Shown: positions 11,006 through 24,829, counted from the whole stretch's first letter. The stretch: 63,064 nt of DNA, filler included, from Octopus bimaculoides (GCF_001194135.2; 5 parts of 5 records of this genome joined end to end with filler, not necessarily neighbours in it), one strand, 5' to 3'. Numbers and translations are program-made. The notes: generated by a model from the sequence alone, not told the origin.

Positions 11006-12559
11006 NNNNNNNNNNNNNNNNNNNNNNNNNNNNNNNNNNNNNNNNNNNNNNNNNNNNNNNNNNNNNNNNNNNNNNNNNNNNNNNNNNNNNNNNNNNNNNN
11101 NNNNNNNNNNNNNNNNNNNNNNNNNNNNNNNNNNNNNNNNNNNNNNNNNNNNNNNNNNNNNNNNNNNNNNNNNNNNNNNNNNNNNNNNNNNNNNNNNNNN
11201 NNNNNNNNNNNNNNNNNNNNNNNNNNNNNNNNNNNNNNNNNNNNNNNNNNNNNNNNNNNNNNNNNNNNNNNNNNNNNNNNNNNNNNNNNNNNNNNNNNNN
11301 ATATATATATATATATATATATAGTTACTCCCTGCTTCATGCGGATCTATATTCAATAAGCGACGATACCATCAATATCCTATGAAAAACACATCTGGGC
11401 TGAGGTATATCCGGTTATGTGCAGGTTGATGTACGAGACACGCCTATTTATATATTCTTGAGTTGTTTGGCCAATGTCGAAACTGGAACTTATCTCAAGG
11501 TTACGGTATCAAAACATCAGCAGTAAAATGTTCAAAGATTAAGAAGGAGTGTTTTAGGTTCAAAACTAACAAGTAGGAAATTATAAAAAACTAAAATTAA
11601 CGTAATAAATCAGATTAAGTATTTAACAAGTAAAGGTTTGTTTGATTGCTTAATCTGGTGTTGGTGTAATTTTACAGAATGTAATGACTCAGTTAAGAAA
11701 TAAAGAAACGGTGCCTGTTGGTTTTATGTCTATCAGGTGTTGATGTAAACTTCCAGGATTTAAGTTGCAAATTGTCGAAATGGTGACAAATTCTCAGCTC
11801 ATTCAGACATTGTGCTTAGATAACTCACGAAGTATTTCAATATAAGACTACTTCTGACGGTGCTAAATTGTATTTTGTATTATTTATATAGAGCCTACTA
11901 TGTTATGCTTAAAGACGCATCATTTTAACTTAGCCTCTGTCATTACTATGTAGTGTTTACGCTCCAACGTTCTGCTATGTTTTGCAGGGGTGACATTTAA
12001 ATATATATTGTCACCTCGCTTGACTGATTGAGCTAGTATACGTTGGTGAAACACAAATGAATTCCCACTCAATCAATCTTGGAAAGCCGAAGCGATAGAA
12101 TATGCAAAATATAATAATCACCTTATCCTATTTTGTTTAGTTACAAACTTTCTGGTTTTACACCATTTCCTACTTTTAACTATTAGCAAATAAAGGACGC
12201 ATCTGGTCTAAACTCAAATGGTGTTATGAAGTGGAGACAGTCGAAGCACAACGGTGACATTACTGAATGGGATGTGCGGCTGAAGCAGTGAATATTTATA
12301 CACAATGACGCACACATTATATACATGATAGTTTCTGTTTAAAGATAAAAACCCAAAAGTACATACAATACATAGAGTGAAGAAAACAGAAGCACACTTA
12401 GAAGTCTTGTTTAGTTTCCTTCTCCGCGCCATAGAATCTGCCAAAGAGTTCTAGAATTGAGAGACTTAGTTTTTATATCTGATAATATATATGATTGGTC
12501 GCATCCTGCTCGATTTCAGAGCAAAGAAGAAGCGGAAGTGTCAAAAATAGAATGATAAC

Positions 12560-13290
12560 GATGAAAGCAGAAGGGTTGCAAAGGTCATTGTAGAGAGAAA
12601 GAAGTCAGTATTTTCTGGAACGAATTTTCTGGCAAGGCATTAAAGACGTAAGTTCGAGAAAGGAGAAGGTAATTAAAACGTATGTTAAGTCCCAGAAGTA
12701 GGAGAGAAAATTTACTGGTCAATGGTCGATGACTTCTTGTCTCCCTCGTACATTTTTGTTCTTTTGAGGATTAACTATTTTAAATGAATGGGAGAGAGTT
12801 ATTTTTGATTTTCAACATATACTTAGTCAATGAAGAATGGCTAGATCAGTTGAAGTTTCTGAAGAGGTGGGTGTTGCAATTATATATGAATTTAAATAGG
12901 TTTATATTGTAGACATTCGATTCATGATTTGCCTAACAATGTATTGGCAAAGCTTAGTTAAACCTGAATTCACAGGGCATGAGTAAGGGTTGGGAGAGTT
13001 CGAGCCCTTTGTCAGATGTTTAACCTTTGAAAAGTGGTGAGGATCTTGGCAAAAAGAATAAAATTTTAATTGCGTTTGTCGTGAAAATTTGATAGTGTGT
13101 GTGTCAATATGGAAGTGTATTTCTGGGGGTTTTAAGAAGTTTCTAGATCCTAAGTTTTCTTCTTCAAAGCCATAGAGTGGAATATACCAACTAATATTTC
13201 GCGTTTTGTCTATTCCTATTTTTGGTTTTAGGCAAACTATACATGTGTTCCATTTTGTTCTTAGAACTGCTTCAAGATTAAGCAACGTTA
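12560..13290 (-). mobile_element. Degraded Penelope-like element fragment (RT thumb/linker to GIY-YIG), Naiad-like
   Basis: RNISWYIPLY...NLGSRNFLK...HF and NPYSCPVNSG..CQYIV resemble the IIWFNPP..NIG..FL..I..HF and CNC..CP..G.C..IVY motifs that are clearer in the copies at 47 and 57 kb. Confidence 0.55.
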
Positions 13291-13720
13291 TATTATTGCA
13301 AGTATGTTTAATACATGATTACAGGAGTTAGAGCGATAATTGTTGTTGTTACTATTATCTATTCTCTTGTATCGAATACCTTTGTTTTCGTTATTAACAA
13401 ATGGTGACATCACACCTCGGTCAATCAATACCAGATGAATTAATATTTTATGAATTCACATCAATGAATCGTATTCTATGTTACACATCAAAAATATGAA
13501 TTTGGATTACAAGTATTTCCCTACTTTTTCATATTTAATGCTTTAATTGTTTATTTGTACAATAAAGAGTAATTTTAGGCAATTATACTGGATTTCATTC
13601 TACCTTATTCACTATTCGAAAGTGCTACGTATACATGCATTCGCACGCGTACACTTGAACGTCCATACCGAGAGATAATAAACTAATGCATAAATACATT
13701 TTATATGTGTTATGTGTGTG

Positions 13721-13721
<1 letters not shown>

Positions 13722-13788
<67 letters not shown>

Positions 13789-13790
13789 TG
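13722..13790. repeat. (GCGT)n alternating purine-pyrimidine tract; similar tracts at 16933-17007 and 25503-25522
   Basis: Directly visible. Confidence 0.95.
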
Positions 13791-14599
13791 TATGTGTGTG
13801 TTTATGTTATCAATATCGAAGACAACCAGAATCACCCAGCTCGCAATTTCAAAACTGACACAAACACACGCACACACACATTTTTACTTGTTTCAGTCAT
13901 TTATCAGCGGCCATGCTGGAGCACCACTTTAATTATAAACAGTTTAATTAAACCGAACAAGTAGCTTCGTTACTGTAGTGTTTCCCCTCCTTGAAAAATT
14001 TATTATGTTAAAAATAAGCTATTTGAGTCTGTTGGATTTGGAAATCCCACAATAAATATCGATTTAAATGTCTGCCTGAATTCATAGATTTCGGTTATTA
14101 TTGCAGAATTATCAAAAGACGTGAAACTTCTTCCAAAGATAAAGGCCACACCTTTCAGAGCAAATGACATACAAGTGTCGTTTTTGAATAGTAAATCAAC
14201 TTTTTAGTTTCTGAATGTTTGCATATGTTGCTGGAAACGTAAAAAGAAGTTCAGCGACCCTCTTGTTTTTTTTTTATTTCGCTGTTATTTGCAAGAGACA
14301 ACTTAACGTGATAAATTAATGCTTGAGAAAGACATATCGTTGAAGCGTCTGACTTTAGGGTTGTTAAGAAAAAAACGTTTCATGATGATACAGGAAAGTT
14401 TCGACTATTTATATTAGCTACGAAAGTAGAGACGTTTTGAGAGCTGTAACTCACTTTAATTCTAATAAAGATCTATGTTCCACTGGGAGCTGCTTATTTA
14501 TAAGGAATATGGTAATTTTAGCAATAATGGAACGAAAATTTAAACTGTATAGCGCATTATACTATATATTTCGTTCTACAAAGCCACTATCTTTCAATG

Positions 14600-14830
14600 G
14601 GTTATTGTAATGAGCTGCACAAAGTACTCCTCGTCAAAGTATGAACTGAATATGCGCTTACTAATATTATTTATTAATTCTTTAATGATTGTTGATAAAT
14701 TGTTGGAGTTTATATCAATACAGTGCAATTTTTTGTTAAGTCTGCTGAAGGAGAAACGTCTAGATATGGAGTTATGCCTATTACCTGTATTTGAATCAGA
14801 TTCATATCTACTGAAATCGTAAAATCTAAT
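14600..14830 (-). mobile_element. Short Penelope-like RT fragment of the same family
   Basis: CIDINSNNLSTIIKELINNISKRI, nearly the same as CIDIDSNYLPAIIKEMVNSISKRI in ORF 48078..48377. Confidence 0.7.
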
Positions 14831-15109
14831 TCTTTGAATTATTTTGGACACGTTCCTAGCTTATTCTGTGCCTATCTACAACTCGCTTATAGTTCATCAC
14901 TATGTATTGAATACTTTTTCTTTGTTTACAAGCACAAGCTTTCCCCATATATATATATATATATANNNNNNNNNNTATATACACACATACACTGACCTAC
15001 AAACGCACAGACGCACGCATACATACACACACAATACGCACATATATATAAATATACATATATATATATAACGCAATTTAATTTATCAAGCACTGTTCTC
15101 GCTATGTTA

Positions 15110-15300
15110 CAAGATCAGAAAATGCAACGAAAGAGGATCCAGAAATTTTCTGCACAAAAAAAAATTTTCAAAACCTCTCTTAAAATATATCGTCGAGTTG
15201 AAAAGACAAGAGATCCAAAGATAGGGAGCCATATTTCCATTATAACAGGGACACGGAGACACCAAAGAAAGCAAGTCTCCCACCGAAACGCTAGCAACTT
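15110..15300 (+). mobile_element. Possible RLE-LINE C-terminal fragment
   Basis: KIYRRVEK.RDPK....ISIITGT loosely resembles KY.DL....PIIIGALG. Confidence 0.3.
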
Positions 15301-16414
15301 TAACACTGAGTCTCACATTTTTAATATGATCAAAGTGTTTGTGAAAATCACCCAACAATGCTGAAGGAATAGGTGAGTGTAGCAGGATGGTCAATGGTGT
15401 CGGGAAGGTTTGTGGCCACTATCCAGGGCTATAAAATGGCGTCTCTAAAGAAACCGTAACAATGGAAGATTTTATGAGGTCTGTCGATGTTTTAGAAACA
15501 GCAGTCAACATCTTCCTTGAATAACACCCAACTACTTTTTAGAGATGACTTATTCGATAATGTAGTTATAAATAGGTAATGTATGAATTATTGGACGCGA
15601 TGGTCAAATCTGGAGTGCAATTTCCGCAGATCAGCTCAATAGAGCTGACATAAAGCTCATCAACAGCAAATGTCAACGAAGTGGAACGAGCTTTCCAGAT
15701 GGCTGATATTCCGGGGAAGAGAGGCTGAGTCAGGGGTTGGCGTGATGAGACTGTGACGCAAGGAGGAGAAACGGGTAGATGCTATATGTGGGGTACAGGG
15801 TTTTACTGCTACCTCTATCATATGAGAAATGATGTAGCAGCGTGTGAAGACAGCAGATCCGTGAATTACAAGGATGGAGTCGGTTATTGAGTTTATTCAA
15901 TGACAATCAGTCGGACAGCTTTCTTTCAGATGCAGACTAAGGTGACATGTTTATAGCAGCAGAGTCGTTCCAAATGTGTTAAACACGCAAATACAAACAC
16001 ACAAGGAAACAACCGATACAGGAATATAGCTAAAAATATAGGAACAGATAAACAGATAAACAGATAAACAGATAAACAGTCGCTTGAAAATATTTCAATG
16101 AAGAAAGTGGAGATATTCAGCTAGACATAAAAGGAGAAACAAAACACAGAAACGAAAGAAAACCTATTAAAGTTCGAAAAACAGATAAAAAAAAATATCA
16201 GATACAAGAGGAAAATACAGACAGGGAAACATTTTCAGCTTAAACATGCGTATAATATACAAACATCATACGCATAACAGTAAAATATCAAAATATGATT
16301 GTCAAACATATACACCTCAGAAGTTACATCATTAGGCAAATCTAAATAAAGTATGTTAATATACATAAATATTTATACATATATAATAGATGCATGTATA
16401 TATATGTGCGTATA

Positions 16415-16449
<35 letters not shown>

Positions 16450-16933
16450 GTCTTTATGTATTTATAAATATATACATTCTTGTATAAATATTTTTGATTG
16501 TATATGGAAATGTATGCAGGCATTTATATACATGTATTTATGCATACACACCCACAAATATATATGTATACACATAAATAAATGTTCACACACACACACA
16601 TACACACACACACATAAACACACACACACGTCCACACACTTACACACACACTTATGCGCGCGCGCGCACGTATACTCTCGCACGAAATCAATGCCTCTGA
16701 ATGAAAACAAATAAAATCAACACACCGCTTCTCTGCAAATTAATATCAGACAGATATATATATCAACGAATATAATGTGTGTGTGTGCGCGCGCGTGTGC
16801 GTGCATGTGTAGAATTAATATATATGCCTTTATATATACACATATGTATTTGAGAGGGAATATATGACATCTGTATATGTGTATGTTTGTGTGTGTGTGT
16901 GCTTTTATACACAAATGTGACTACATGTATGTG

Positions 16934-17005
<72 letters not shown>

Positions 17006-17699
17006 TGTTCTTTTACTCTCTTACATCCGTCACTGCTTGACATGTAAGAGGACGAATTCTTAGTGGATCATATCAAACCCAATATGTACTTCGATCTCAA
17101 TTTATCGATTGATGTAATTACATCTCGAATTGAAGGGACACAACTCGATATCGGCTAACAGCAGATGCACATTTAAGCGCGTATATCGAGGATCTCCGTC
17201 AATAAACGACGAGGAATCTGTTGTTCCATCAACTGAGGTGCCTACTCTTGATTTCACTAACGGCCAGGTGGTTGAATATCTCACAATCATTTACAATTAC
17301 ATTAAGCAACACAACGAGCTTACGTATAATTTCCGCCGACTCATTTTCAACTACAAAGTGTGAGCTGACGGGAGAGTATAGAAAATGGCACTTGCCTAAG
17401 AAGATGCGCAGAGGGATCGAACCCATAATTGCGTGGTTGCAAATAAAGATTTTCACTGGGAGTTCAAACATATACACTCGACTATAAACATATATATATA
17501 TATATATATATANNNNNNNNNNNNNNNNNNNNNNNNNNNNNNNNNNNNNNNNNNNNNNNNNNNNNNNNNNNNNNNNNNNNNNNNNNNNNNNNNNNNNNNN
17601 NNNNNNNNNNNNNNNNNNNNNNNNNNNNNNNNNNNNNNNNNNNNNNNNNNNNNNNNNNNNNNNNNNNTAAATAATATGTGACAATTATTCGGTAGTCAT

Positions 17700-17760
17700 G
17701 ATAAAACTCCGAGTTTCGGATGCCGGGGCGGAAACCCACGCCGCCATCTCTTCAGTTATC
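17700..17760 (-). ncRNA. Putative type I hammerhead ribozyme with extended stem II (PLE pLTR-type)
   Basis: Minus strand: GAUAA-CUGAAGA-GAUGGCGG...CCGCC...CAUC-C-GAAA-CU-CGG-AG-UU-UUAUC. Stem I is GAUAA/UUAUC and the cleavage triplet is GUU; the stem II base is imperfect. Confidence 0.6.
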
Positions 17761-17822
17761 TGGCCATCGAAGAATGCTATGAAAATTACCGTTAAACAAA
17801 GGGAACACACACACACACACAC

Positions 17823-17856
<34 letters not shown>

Positions 17857-17984
17857 CTTCTCTTTAATTTGGAATAAGGGTTACCCGGTGAGTGGGGAGG
17901 AGGTGCTAGCTGTTTAGATCGGAAAGTGTATATGATTTGTACATTATTCTTATCTGCCACAAAATGATGACTGACAGAGTTGAC

Positions 17985-18085
17985 CTTGATGTAATTTGAA
18001 ATCAGAACGCAAGGAAGCAGAAAATGTACCGCAAAACGTTTTCTCCGTTTTTCTAACGATTCGGCCACGCCATATTGTTGCCCAA
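17985..18085 (-). mobile_element. Degenerate SINE fragment
   Basis: gttgaccttgatgtaatttgaaatcagaacg...ctaacgattc matches the dominant SINE. Confidence 0.6.
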
Positions 18086-18265
18086 TCAGCTTTAAATGCT
18101 TCTTATATATTCTCAGAATTTCGAAAATTTCTATATTAGTCTGTATTATCTCAACTGTCTGATGAACGGTGTGTGCGCGTGTGAGTGAGACAGGGAGAGA
18201 CAGAGAGGACACTGACACACACACACATACACACACATTAACACACCTGCACGTATATAGATAGT

Positions 18266-18346
<81 letters not shown>

Positions 18347-18691
18347 TATAAAGGATTACATAGATTAGATAGATAGAAAAGACACAGACTGACTGACAGA
18401 CAGACAGACAGATTCAAGTACCGGAAATGGGAAGCTAGTCAACATCTTCGGTTTCTGCATATGAACAGCTTTACGACGCCTACCATTATCATTTCACCTG
18501 ATGGAACCCTTATTTTGAGATGTGAGATCAAAAAAACAAGATGTAGTGGCCCGGCAAGATCATTCTGCGAGTAATCGTTAAGGGAGAAACAGAACCATTC
18601 AAAAAAAAAAGAGTGGCTTTGTTTCTCCCGACCTGACCAATAGCTTGTGAGCAAATGTGGTGGATTGAAACTGAGAGAAGCCTGTCGTGTG

Positions 18692-18749
<58 letters not shown>

Positions 18750-18851
18750 NNNNNNNNNNNNNNNNNNNNNNNNNNNNNNNNNNNNNNNNNNNNNNNNNNN
18801 NNNNNNNNNNNNNNNNNNNNNNNNNNNNNNNNNNNNNNNNNNNNNNNNNNN

Positions 18852-18923
<72 letters not shown>

Positions 18924-19299
18924 GGTGTGTGTGTTTGAATTAGCTTTGTTCCCCATCACCGCTTCACAACCGGTGCTGGTTTATTACGTTCTCGCAACCT
19001 AGCGGTTCAGTAAAATACAACTGATAGAATTAGTACCAAGCTTTAAAAACCACAAATACTGGTGTCGATTTGGTCAGGTAAACCTTTCTAGGCGAAGTCT
19101 AATGACTAAAACAAAGACAGGTAGAGGATATATGCACGACGCACACAAAAAGTTGCTACGTGTGGAGGGTGACTGCATGAAAAGAAAACCAATGAAAGAG
19201 GAATTCAATAGTCAACGGTCGTGTCATAGTTTGTCCGTGCAGAGAGGAGGATGTTATGTGTCATTGAAATGAAGCATAAAATAAATGACTAACACATCT

Positions 19300-19600
19300 T
19301 CATAATTTCGAAGTTGGCGTCAGAAATCTAATGATGTCACTAGCTCGGGTGGCAACATACAGATATTGTGTACAGAAACCATGTAAACATTTGATATATT
19401 ATGGCTTGTTATCCATGCCATTGCCAAGTCAGGAGATCCCTTCAGCTATTTCGGGAATAGCACACATTCTTTATACACCCTCAGTGGTTTTGAGTATATC
19501 TTGCCGCTGGGCAGATTCTTTGAAATCGAGATAAGGATTTCTCACTTGCGCTAGTCTAGTATCCGCCTTTGTAGCAGCTAGATCATTGTCAAACTTGACG
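19300..19600 (-). mobile_element. Possible RTE-clade LINE remnant (post-RT region)
   Basis: ADTRLAQ...KESAQRQDILKT and KPLRVYKECVL resemble the RTE motif D.RIAKA..FG.L...W..R.I...TKLRVYKACVL. Confidence 0.45.
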
Positions 19601-20248
19601 AACGGGATACGATGTGTGTGTGTGTGTCCTTATCTTTCTCTGTATCTGTTCGTGTACTCAGATGACTGAACCAGCAATAACCTAGTTGGCTGATGACGAA
19701 CTCCTGCTGCCGGAAGTTTGAGGAAGGAAGCACTAACACCAAACTTTCATTTGCTGTTTGTCTCAGCCTTAACGAACGAATAAATGTCAGCTGACCGAAA
19801 CAAACCCGTGCACAACGTTTCCTTATAACTCGGAATTACATCAAATTCTACAAATCATGAAGTGTGAGCAAAATTTCGTTTGCACTCAAGCATTCGTCGC
19901 AACCAGCAGATTCCAAATCAAAAACCCAAGTGAAGTGCCAGGCTTTCACGACAGAAACAATTAAAGGAGAAAGACATTGTTTTATACATACATACATACA
20001 TACATACATACATACATACATGTACACACACACACACACACACAGATATTCCGTGCTGCACGGAATTTTGTCAGTGAATAGGTTGCGGTCTCAAAGCGAC
20101 GAAAATATTTTGGAAAATTAAATTTAAATGTTGTAGTGAATCTAACGGTTTTTGTGTGTTTCTTAAATTACTTATAAACACCACGCTGCAATTGTTTTCG
20201 TTCCATCACACGAATCTCAGATCAGGTCACTTGCTATGCAAGTACATC

Positions 20249-20317
<69 letters not shown>

Positions 20318-20689
20318 GCATATATATATATACATATATATATATATGCATATATATGTGAGTGTGTGTGTGTGTATGTAAGTATATATAAACACACACA
20401 TATATATTGCTATACACACACACGAGAAAGGGACGAAATACAGGAAACACTCCTTTTTATTATTATTATTATTATTATTATTTTTTTGTAGAATGAACAA
20501 TTCAAAACTGTTAGAGTGTGTGTGTTCATATGCATTGTGAACGTTTTGTATTTCATCATATAACAGATATTTACATTTGAATAAGCTAAAATGCATGACC
20601 TGTCTGATTTCCAAAGATAAATTTGGGGGACGTGGGTGGATGAAGCTTTAGCCACTAAAATCACTGAACTGTTTAATGTTTTGAGAAGC

Positions 20690-21370
20690 ATAATCTCTAA
20701 AATCATGTTAGCATTCGAAGACCACGTCTGGCAAGCACAGTTCTGGCTAGAAGGCAAAGCAGGCGAAGAGGGGCCACGGTATAGAGAAACGTATTGTGTG
20801 GGAAATCTATCGAACTACATCAGCAAAAGTGAGAGAAGAGCTAAACCACTACCTTACCAATTTTGTATCAACCAAAACTTCATCGTGAGCTCCTTAAAGC
20901 TGAATATCACGGAAGGAGGACTACAACTGATAAACATCTCCTGTACTCCATCAACTTTGATAAACAGAAAAATAATGTCTTGTCTAAAAAAAATGGTTCA
21001 ATGGAACAATATCATCTTTCAAGAATTATCATCCCCACCCCCAGCCTTTTCCCACTTCCGGGTTTTGTTTATCAGGAAACAGCTCAAAAGAAGCCTTCAA
21101 TTCTGACTCATAGGATCCTGCCGTGAAACACAGATGTTGTTCTGTAATAATTTGGGCAACCACGCCACAGAATTCTCTTGGTTCCTCGATTTATTCGGCA
21201 AAACATACTTAATGCCAAAGATTATTTGAGTACTTTTCTAGTGTTTGTACCATCGTATGGTACAAACATTGTTCCCGTTCAAGCATTGTTCCTTAATGTA
21301 GCGCATTTACCCAGGATAACAATGCGGCGAATCACGCGGTTATTGTTATTCAAAACACATAAGTAGGCCA
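20690..21370 (+). pseudogene. Degraded Tc1-family transposase
   Basis: Across frameshifts: LHRELLKAEYHGR, LFP.PG.VY, EAFNSD..PAVKH..CSVIIWA, NAKDYL, VQALF..QDNNA. Confidence 0.85.
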
Positions 21371-21860
21371 CTCAGATTGCCTCCACCGCACACACACACA
21401 CACACACACTTATCAGATTTTAATAAAATCCAATATTTATGGTGCATCTTAGATCAGCAAGTGAGAAGCCTGGGGTGACGCAGCAAGGGGTATACGGGGA
21501 GCAGGCATGAGCTGCGCGGGAATGCTTGACGGACGGTGGCAAGAGTCCAGCTTGCTTCAGGAACAAAATGCATTATAATACTGTTCTACATTGTTTACTT
21601 ACAAATACTAAAACACACACACGTGTATATATATGTATACACATGTATATGTATATATATATNNNNNNNNNNNNNNNNNNNNNNNNNNNNNNNNNNNNNN
21701 NNNNNNNNNNNNNNNNNNNNNNNNNNNNNNNNNNNNNNNNNNNNNNNNNNNNNNNNNNNNNNNNNNNNNNNNATATGTATGTATATTCACACATATATAT
21801 GCATGTCTATACATATACATGCATATATACATACACATCCACATATACACATAATACATT

Positions 21861-21899
<39 letters not shown>

Positions 21900-21903
<4 letters not shown>

Positions 21904-22620
21904 GTTGGGGGATGCACATTTTCTCAGAATTTCGGACGGAGTGGTTTCATGAAACTCATGTATTACAACATTTGACGGACAACAGTTTGATTGCAAGCAT
22001 CGATATGCTGTAAAAAAGAGTCGTCGATTATCTACAAGATCAACCAAAACTGATATGTAGCAACTCGGGTACACACCAATATGAGGTGATTAAAATTAGA
22101 AAGGCCCTTCACACTAACAACTTTCTCGCAAGGTTATAATATGCTTCCAAGAGTCGAGATATAAAGTTCCACAATATTTAGTTTAAAAATTGTTCTAGCA
22201 TCTGTCTGCTTTACATAAGAGGCATGTCGAGAAAATACGAGAGAATTCAATGGCAGACCTCCTTTTCAGGGCTATTCCTCTCGCACAGCGCCTCGAACAT
22301 GAGAACTGCGTGTTTTCTATAACACGTAGCTATGGCATTGAATACAAAGGAGAGTTCAGCCTTTCACTAAAAGTCAGGTTGGAAAAACATTGGAAAACTG
22401 TGATTCGTGGGAAGTCACATACACACACCAGTCATGGCTGATCATTTGTGAAAGAGAAACGGAAGTCCCCCAACTCTTGCGTAACAACGTCGGAAACAAC
22501 ATTGGAAGACAAGCAAAGTGAAAGTGTCAGCTCATGTGCTGAGCTTTGATAACTTCTCCTCTTCAGCCGACCTAGCATAGCTAATGTATACTATATGAAA
22601 GCCCTTAAGAAAGTCTAGTA
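21900..22620 (+). mobile_element. Penelope-like element 3' fragment (RT thumb plus GIY-YIG), a different type from the Naiad-like copies
   Basis: ENCVFSITRSYGIEYKGE...LKVRLEKHWK.V.RG, then MADH, HWK...K.SAH.L and RPSI across frameshifts. Confidence 0.75.
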
Positions 22621-22888
22621 AACCTACAGCCATGAAAGCGTTAGCTCTAAAGCTGCTAATTTTCTAAACTCCATTACTTAGGGGTCCTACAGTGCACAGG
22701 GATAGAAACGTTGATGTGTATTTTTCTGTAGCAGTCGAAAGTATGGACATAAGCCGGAACCAGGATACACATAGTGATTGAGTTAAACAATATGTGCTCT
22801 GGTTTGGAAAACAGGATAACAATCTACCCACCACTGGATTGCATCAGGCAGAACAAATGATATAAGAACATTCTTAATATATGTATGT

Positions 22889-22948
<60 letters not shown>
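22889..22948. repeat. (GTA)n microsatellite
   Basis: Directly visible. Confidence 0.95.
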
Positions 22949-23329
22949 TATTGATTCATAGAATTATGTAGCTATCACGGAGTTCGAGCATTAATATAAC
23001 CATGATGTTCTGGTGATCTGGTGAGTTAATTTTCTTTATCTGCACTGGTTTGTAAATATAAAATTTTATTGCATACTGCATAGCATGCATATCAGTGCGG
23101 ACAAGTAAAATATGTTTTATTATACACTGAACTTATTATCACGTGATGAACGCTACAAAACAGCCATAATCTTAAGGGTGACAAGTGTTTAAATAAATAT
23201 ATTCACCTTTCGTATCTCCTAACTTTTTACGGTATATATATATATATATAGGATCTCCTTGTCTCAAGAAATATACATAGACTTTCTCGGTCTTTAAATC
23301 AAAATATTTCGGTTTCAGAAGCAACTGGT

Positions 23330-24500
23330 TTTAATGGTTGAGATGTGACTAAACTTTGAGCAAATAAAAATGATTCTGGTATGAAAGTGGAAAGAAGTAA
23401 CTGGAGAGTATGGTCCTTTCTTTTTTCCACAAACATCGCCACAATAGATTGCAAACATCCACGATAACAATGAGACAAAAGTGGCCTTACATCAATCTTC
23501 GAGAAAACCTGCTCAGTAAATAACTGGCGAAACAGGTTTCCAAAATCGAACTCATTTTGTAAGTACCTCATCGAATACTTTATTCCATTTGTCTACGTCC
23601 TCCATAGAAATGATCCCGATTGGAGAATTGAATTATGTGACTCTGGGAAAACTGTGCAGAAGAGGCAGCGTTTTCAAACCCAAATTACTAGAAGTGATTA
23701 CATTAATGCTGCAATGCCTAATATTGTCACAATTGTAGTTACTGGACAACCAAGAAGTTGTACATTACGAGTGAGGAAGAAAGAGAATTTATCAATAGTT
23801 GGTGTGGACTGGTGGAGGCACAATGGCCCAGTGGTTAGGGCAGCGGACTCGCGGTCATAGGATCGCGGTTTCGATTCCCAGACCGGGCGTTGTGAATGTT
23901 TATTGAGTGAATACACCTAAAGCTCCACAAGGCTCCGGCAGGGGATGGTGGCGAACCCTGCTGTACTCTTCCACCACAACTTTCTCTCACTCTTACTTCC
24001 TGTTTCTGTTGTGCCTGTAATTCAAAGGGTCAGCCTTGTCACACTGTGTCACGCTGAATATCCCCGAGTACTACGTTAAGGGTACACGTGTCTGTGGAGT
24101 GCTCAGCTACTTGCACGTTAATTTCACGAGCAGGCTGTTCCGTTGATCGGATCAACTGGAACTCTCGACGTAGTAAGCGACGGAGTGCCAACACGGTGTG
24201 GACTGACAGCATTTGCACTTAATTGAAGGATTACTCATTGACAACCTTGTAACTGGTACTGTATTTTTGAATTATATACAACAATCCTTCATGCCACACT
24301 TTCGAGAGAAGTCGGAATATGAAGAGAAAATTTATTTTAAGCAAGACGGAATATGTCTTCATTACCATCATGACGTGAGGAGCTATCTTAACGTTGCTAC
24401 GAAGATAGATAGGATCGAAAAGAAGCACTGAATGCCATCTGCATTCGCCAGACATAAAGGCCCCGATGGGGAGGGGTGGATTATGGCGACCTAATAATGG
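23330..24500 (+). pseudogene. Degraded maT-like Tc1/mariner transposase interrupted by a SINE
   Basis: L.FEQ.K.IL (N-terminus), HNCSYW...NSWCGL (SINE inserted here), VTG.VFLNYIQ, IYFKQDG..HY..DVRSYLN, and HSPDI corresponding to PPRSPDL. Confidence 0.8.
23812..24194 (+). mobile_element. Full-length tRNA-derived SINE with 11-bp TSD
   Basis: A-box TGGCCCAGTGG and B-box-like GTTTCGATTCC; GGTGTGGACTG at 23801-23811 and 24195-24205. Confidence 0.92.
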
Positions 24501-24817
24501 TAGGTTTTTATCGCAATCAATAAACTGAAAGTATTCATTGCGAGAAAGTGTGTTCAATACCAGCTGAAATATATATCTTGCAATTTCATCGAACCAGTGA
24601 CGTCATTAGTGACTGAATCAAAATGGACGTCTACTACAAGATTTGCAATATACCATAACATACATACATACATTCATACATACATACATACATACATACA
24701 TACATACATACATTTGTGTATATATATGTATATATATATATATATGTATGTATATAAATATTTATTTATATATNNNNNNNNNNNNNNNNNNNNNNNNNNN
24801 NNNNNNNNNNNNNNNNN

Positions 24818-24829
24818 TTAATTAATTAA
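24818..24829. other. Assembly linker TTAATTAATTAA (stop in all six frames)
   Basis: 44 N + 12 nt + 44 N = 100 bp; identical construct at 37741, 59093 and 61196. Confidence 0.95.

Noticed and set aside
12214-12444. ORF with MARRRKLNK followed by a hydrophobic stretch, like a type II membrane protein start
   Set aside because: Short, adjacent to PLE debris, and no homology or splice support visible.
14130-14270. Weak hAT dimerisation-like segment (LLFTFPATY) on the minus strand
   Set aside because: Single short motif, no termini.
15400-15900. Possible minus-strand LINE RT remnant
   Set aside because: Only loose resemblance to QG/YADD regions; not supportable.
17130-17363. 77-codon non-repetitive frame (KGHNSIS...FNYKV) as a candidate exon
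   Set aside because: No recognisable domain, no ATG, and no convincing acceptor site.
23812-23890. tRNA-like sequences with A and B boxes (also 39730-39805 and 40938-41000)
   Set aside because: No proper cloverleaf; they continue into SINE bodies, one with a TSD.
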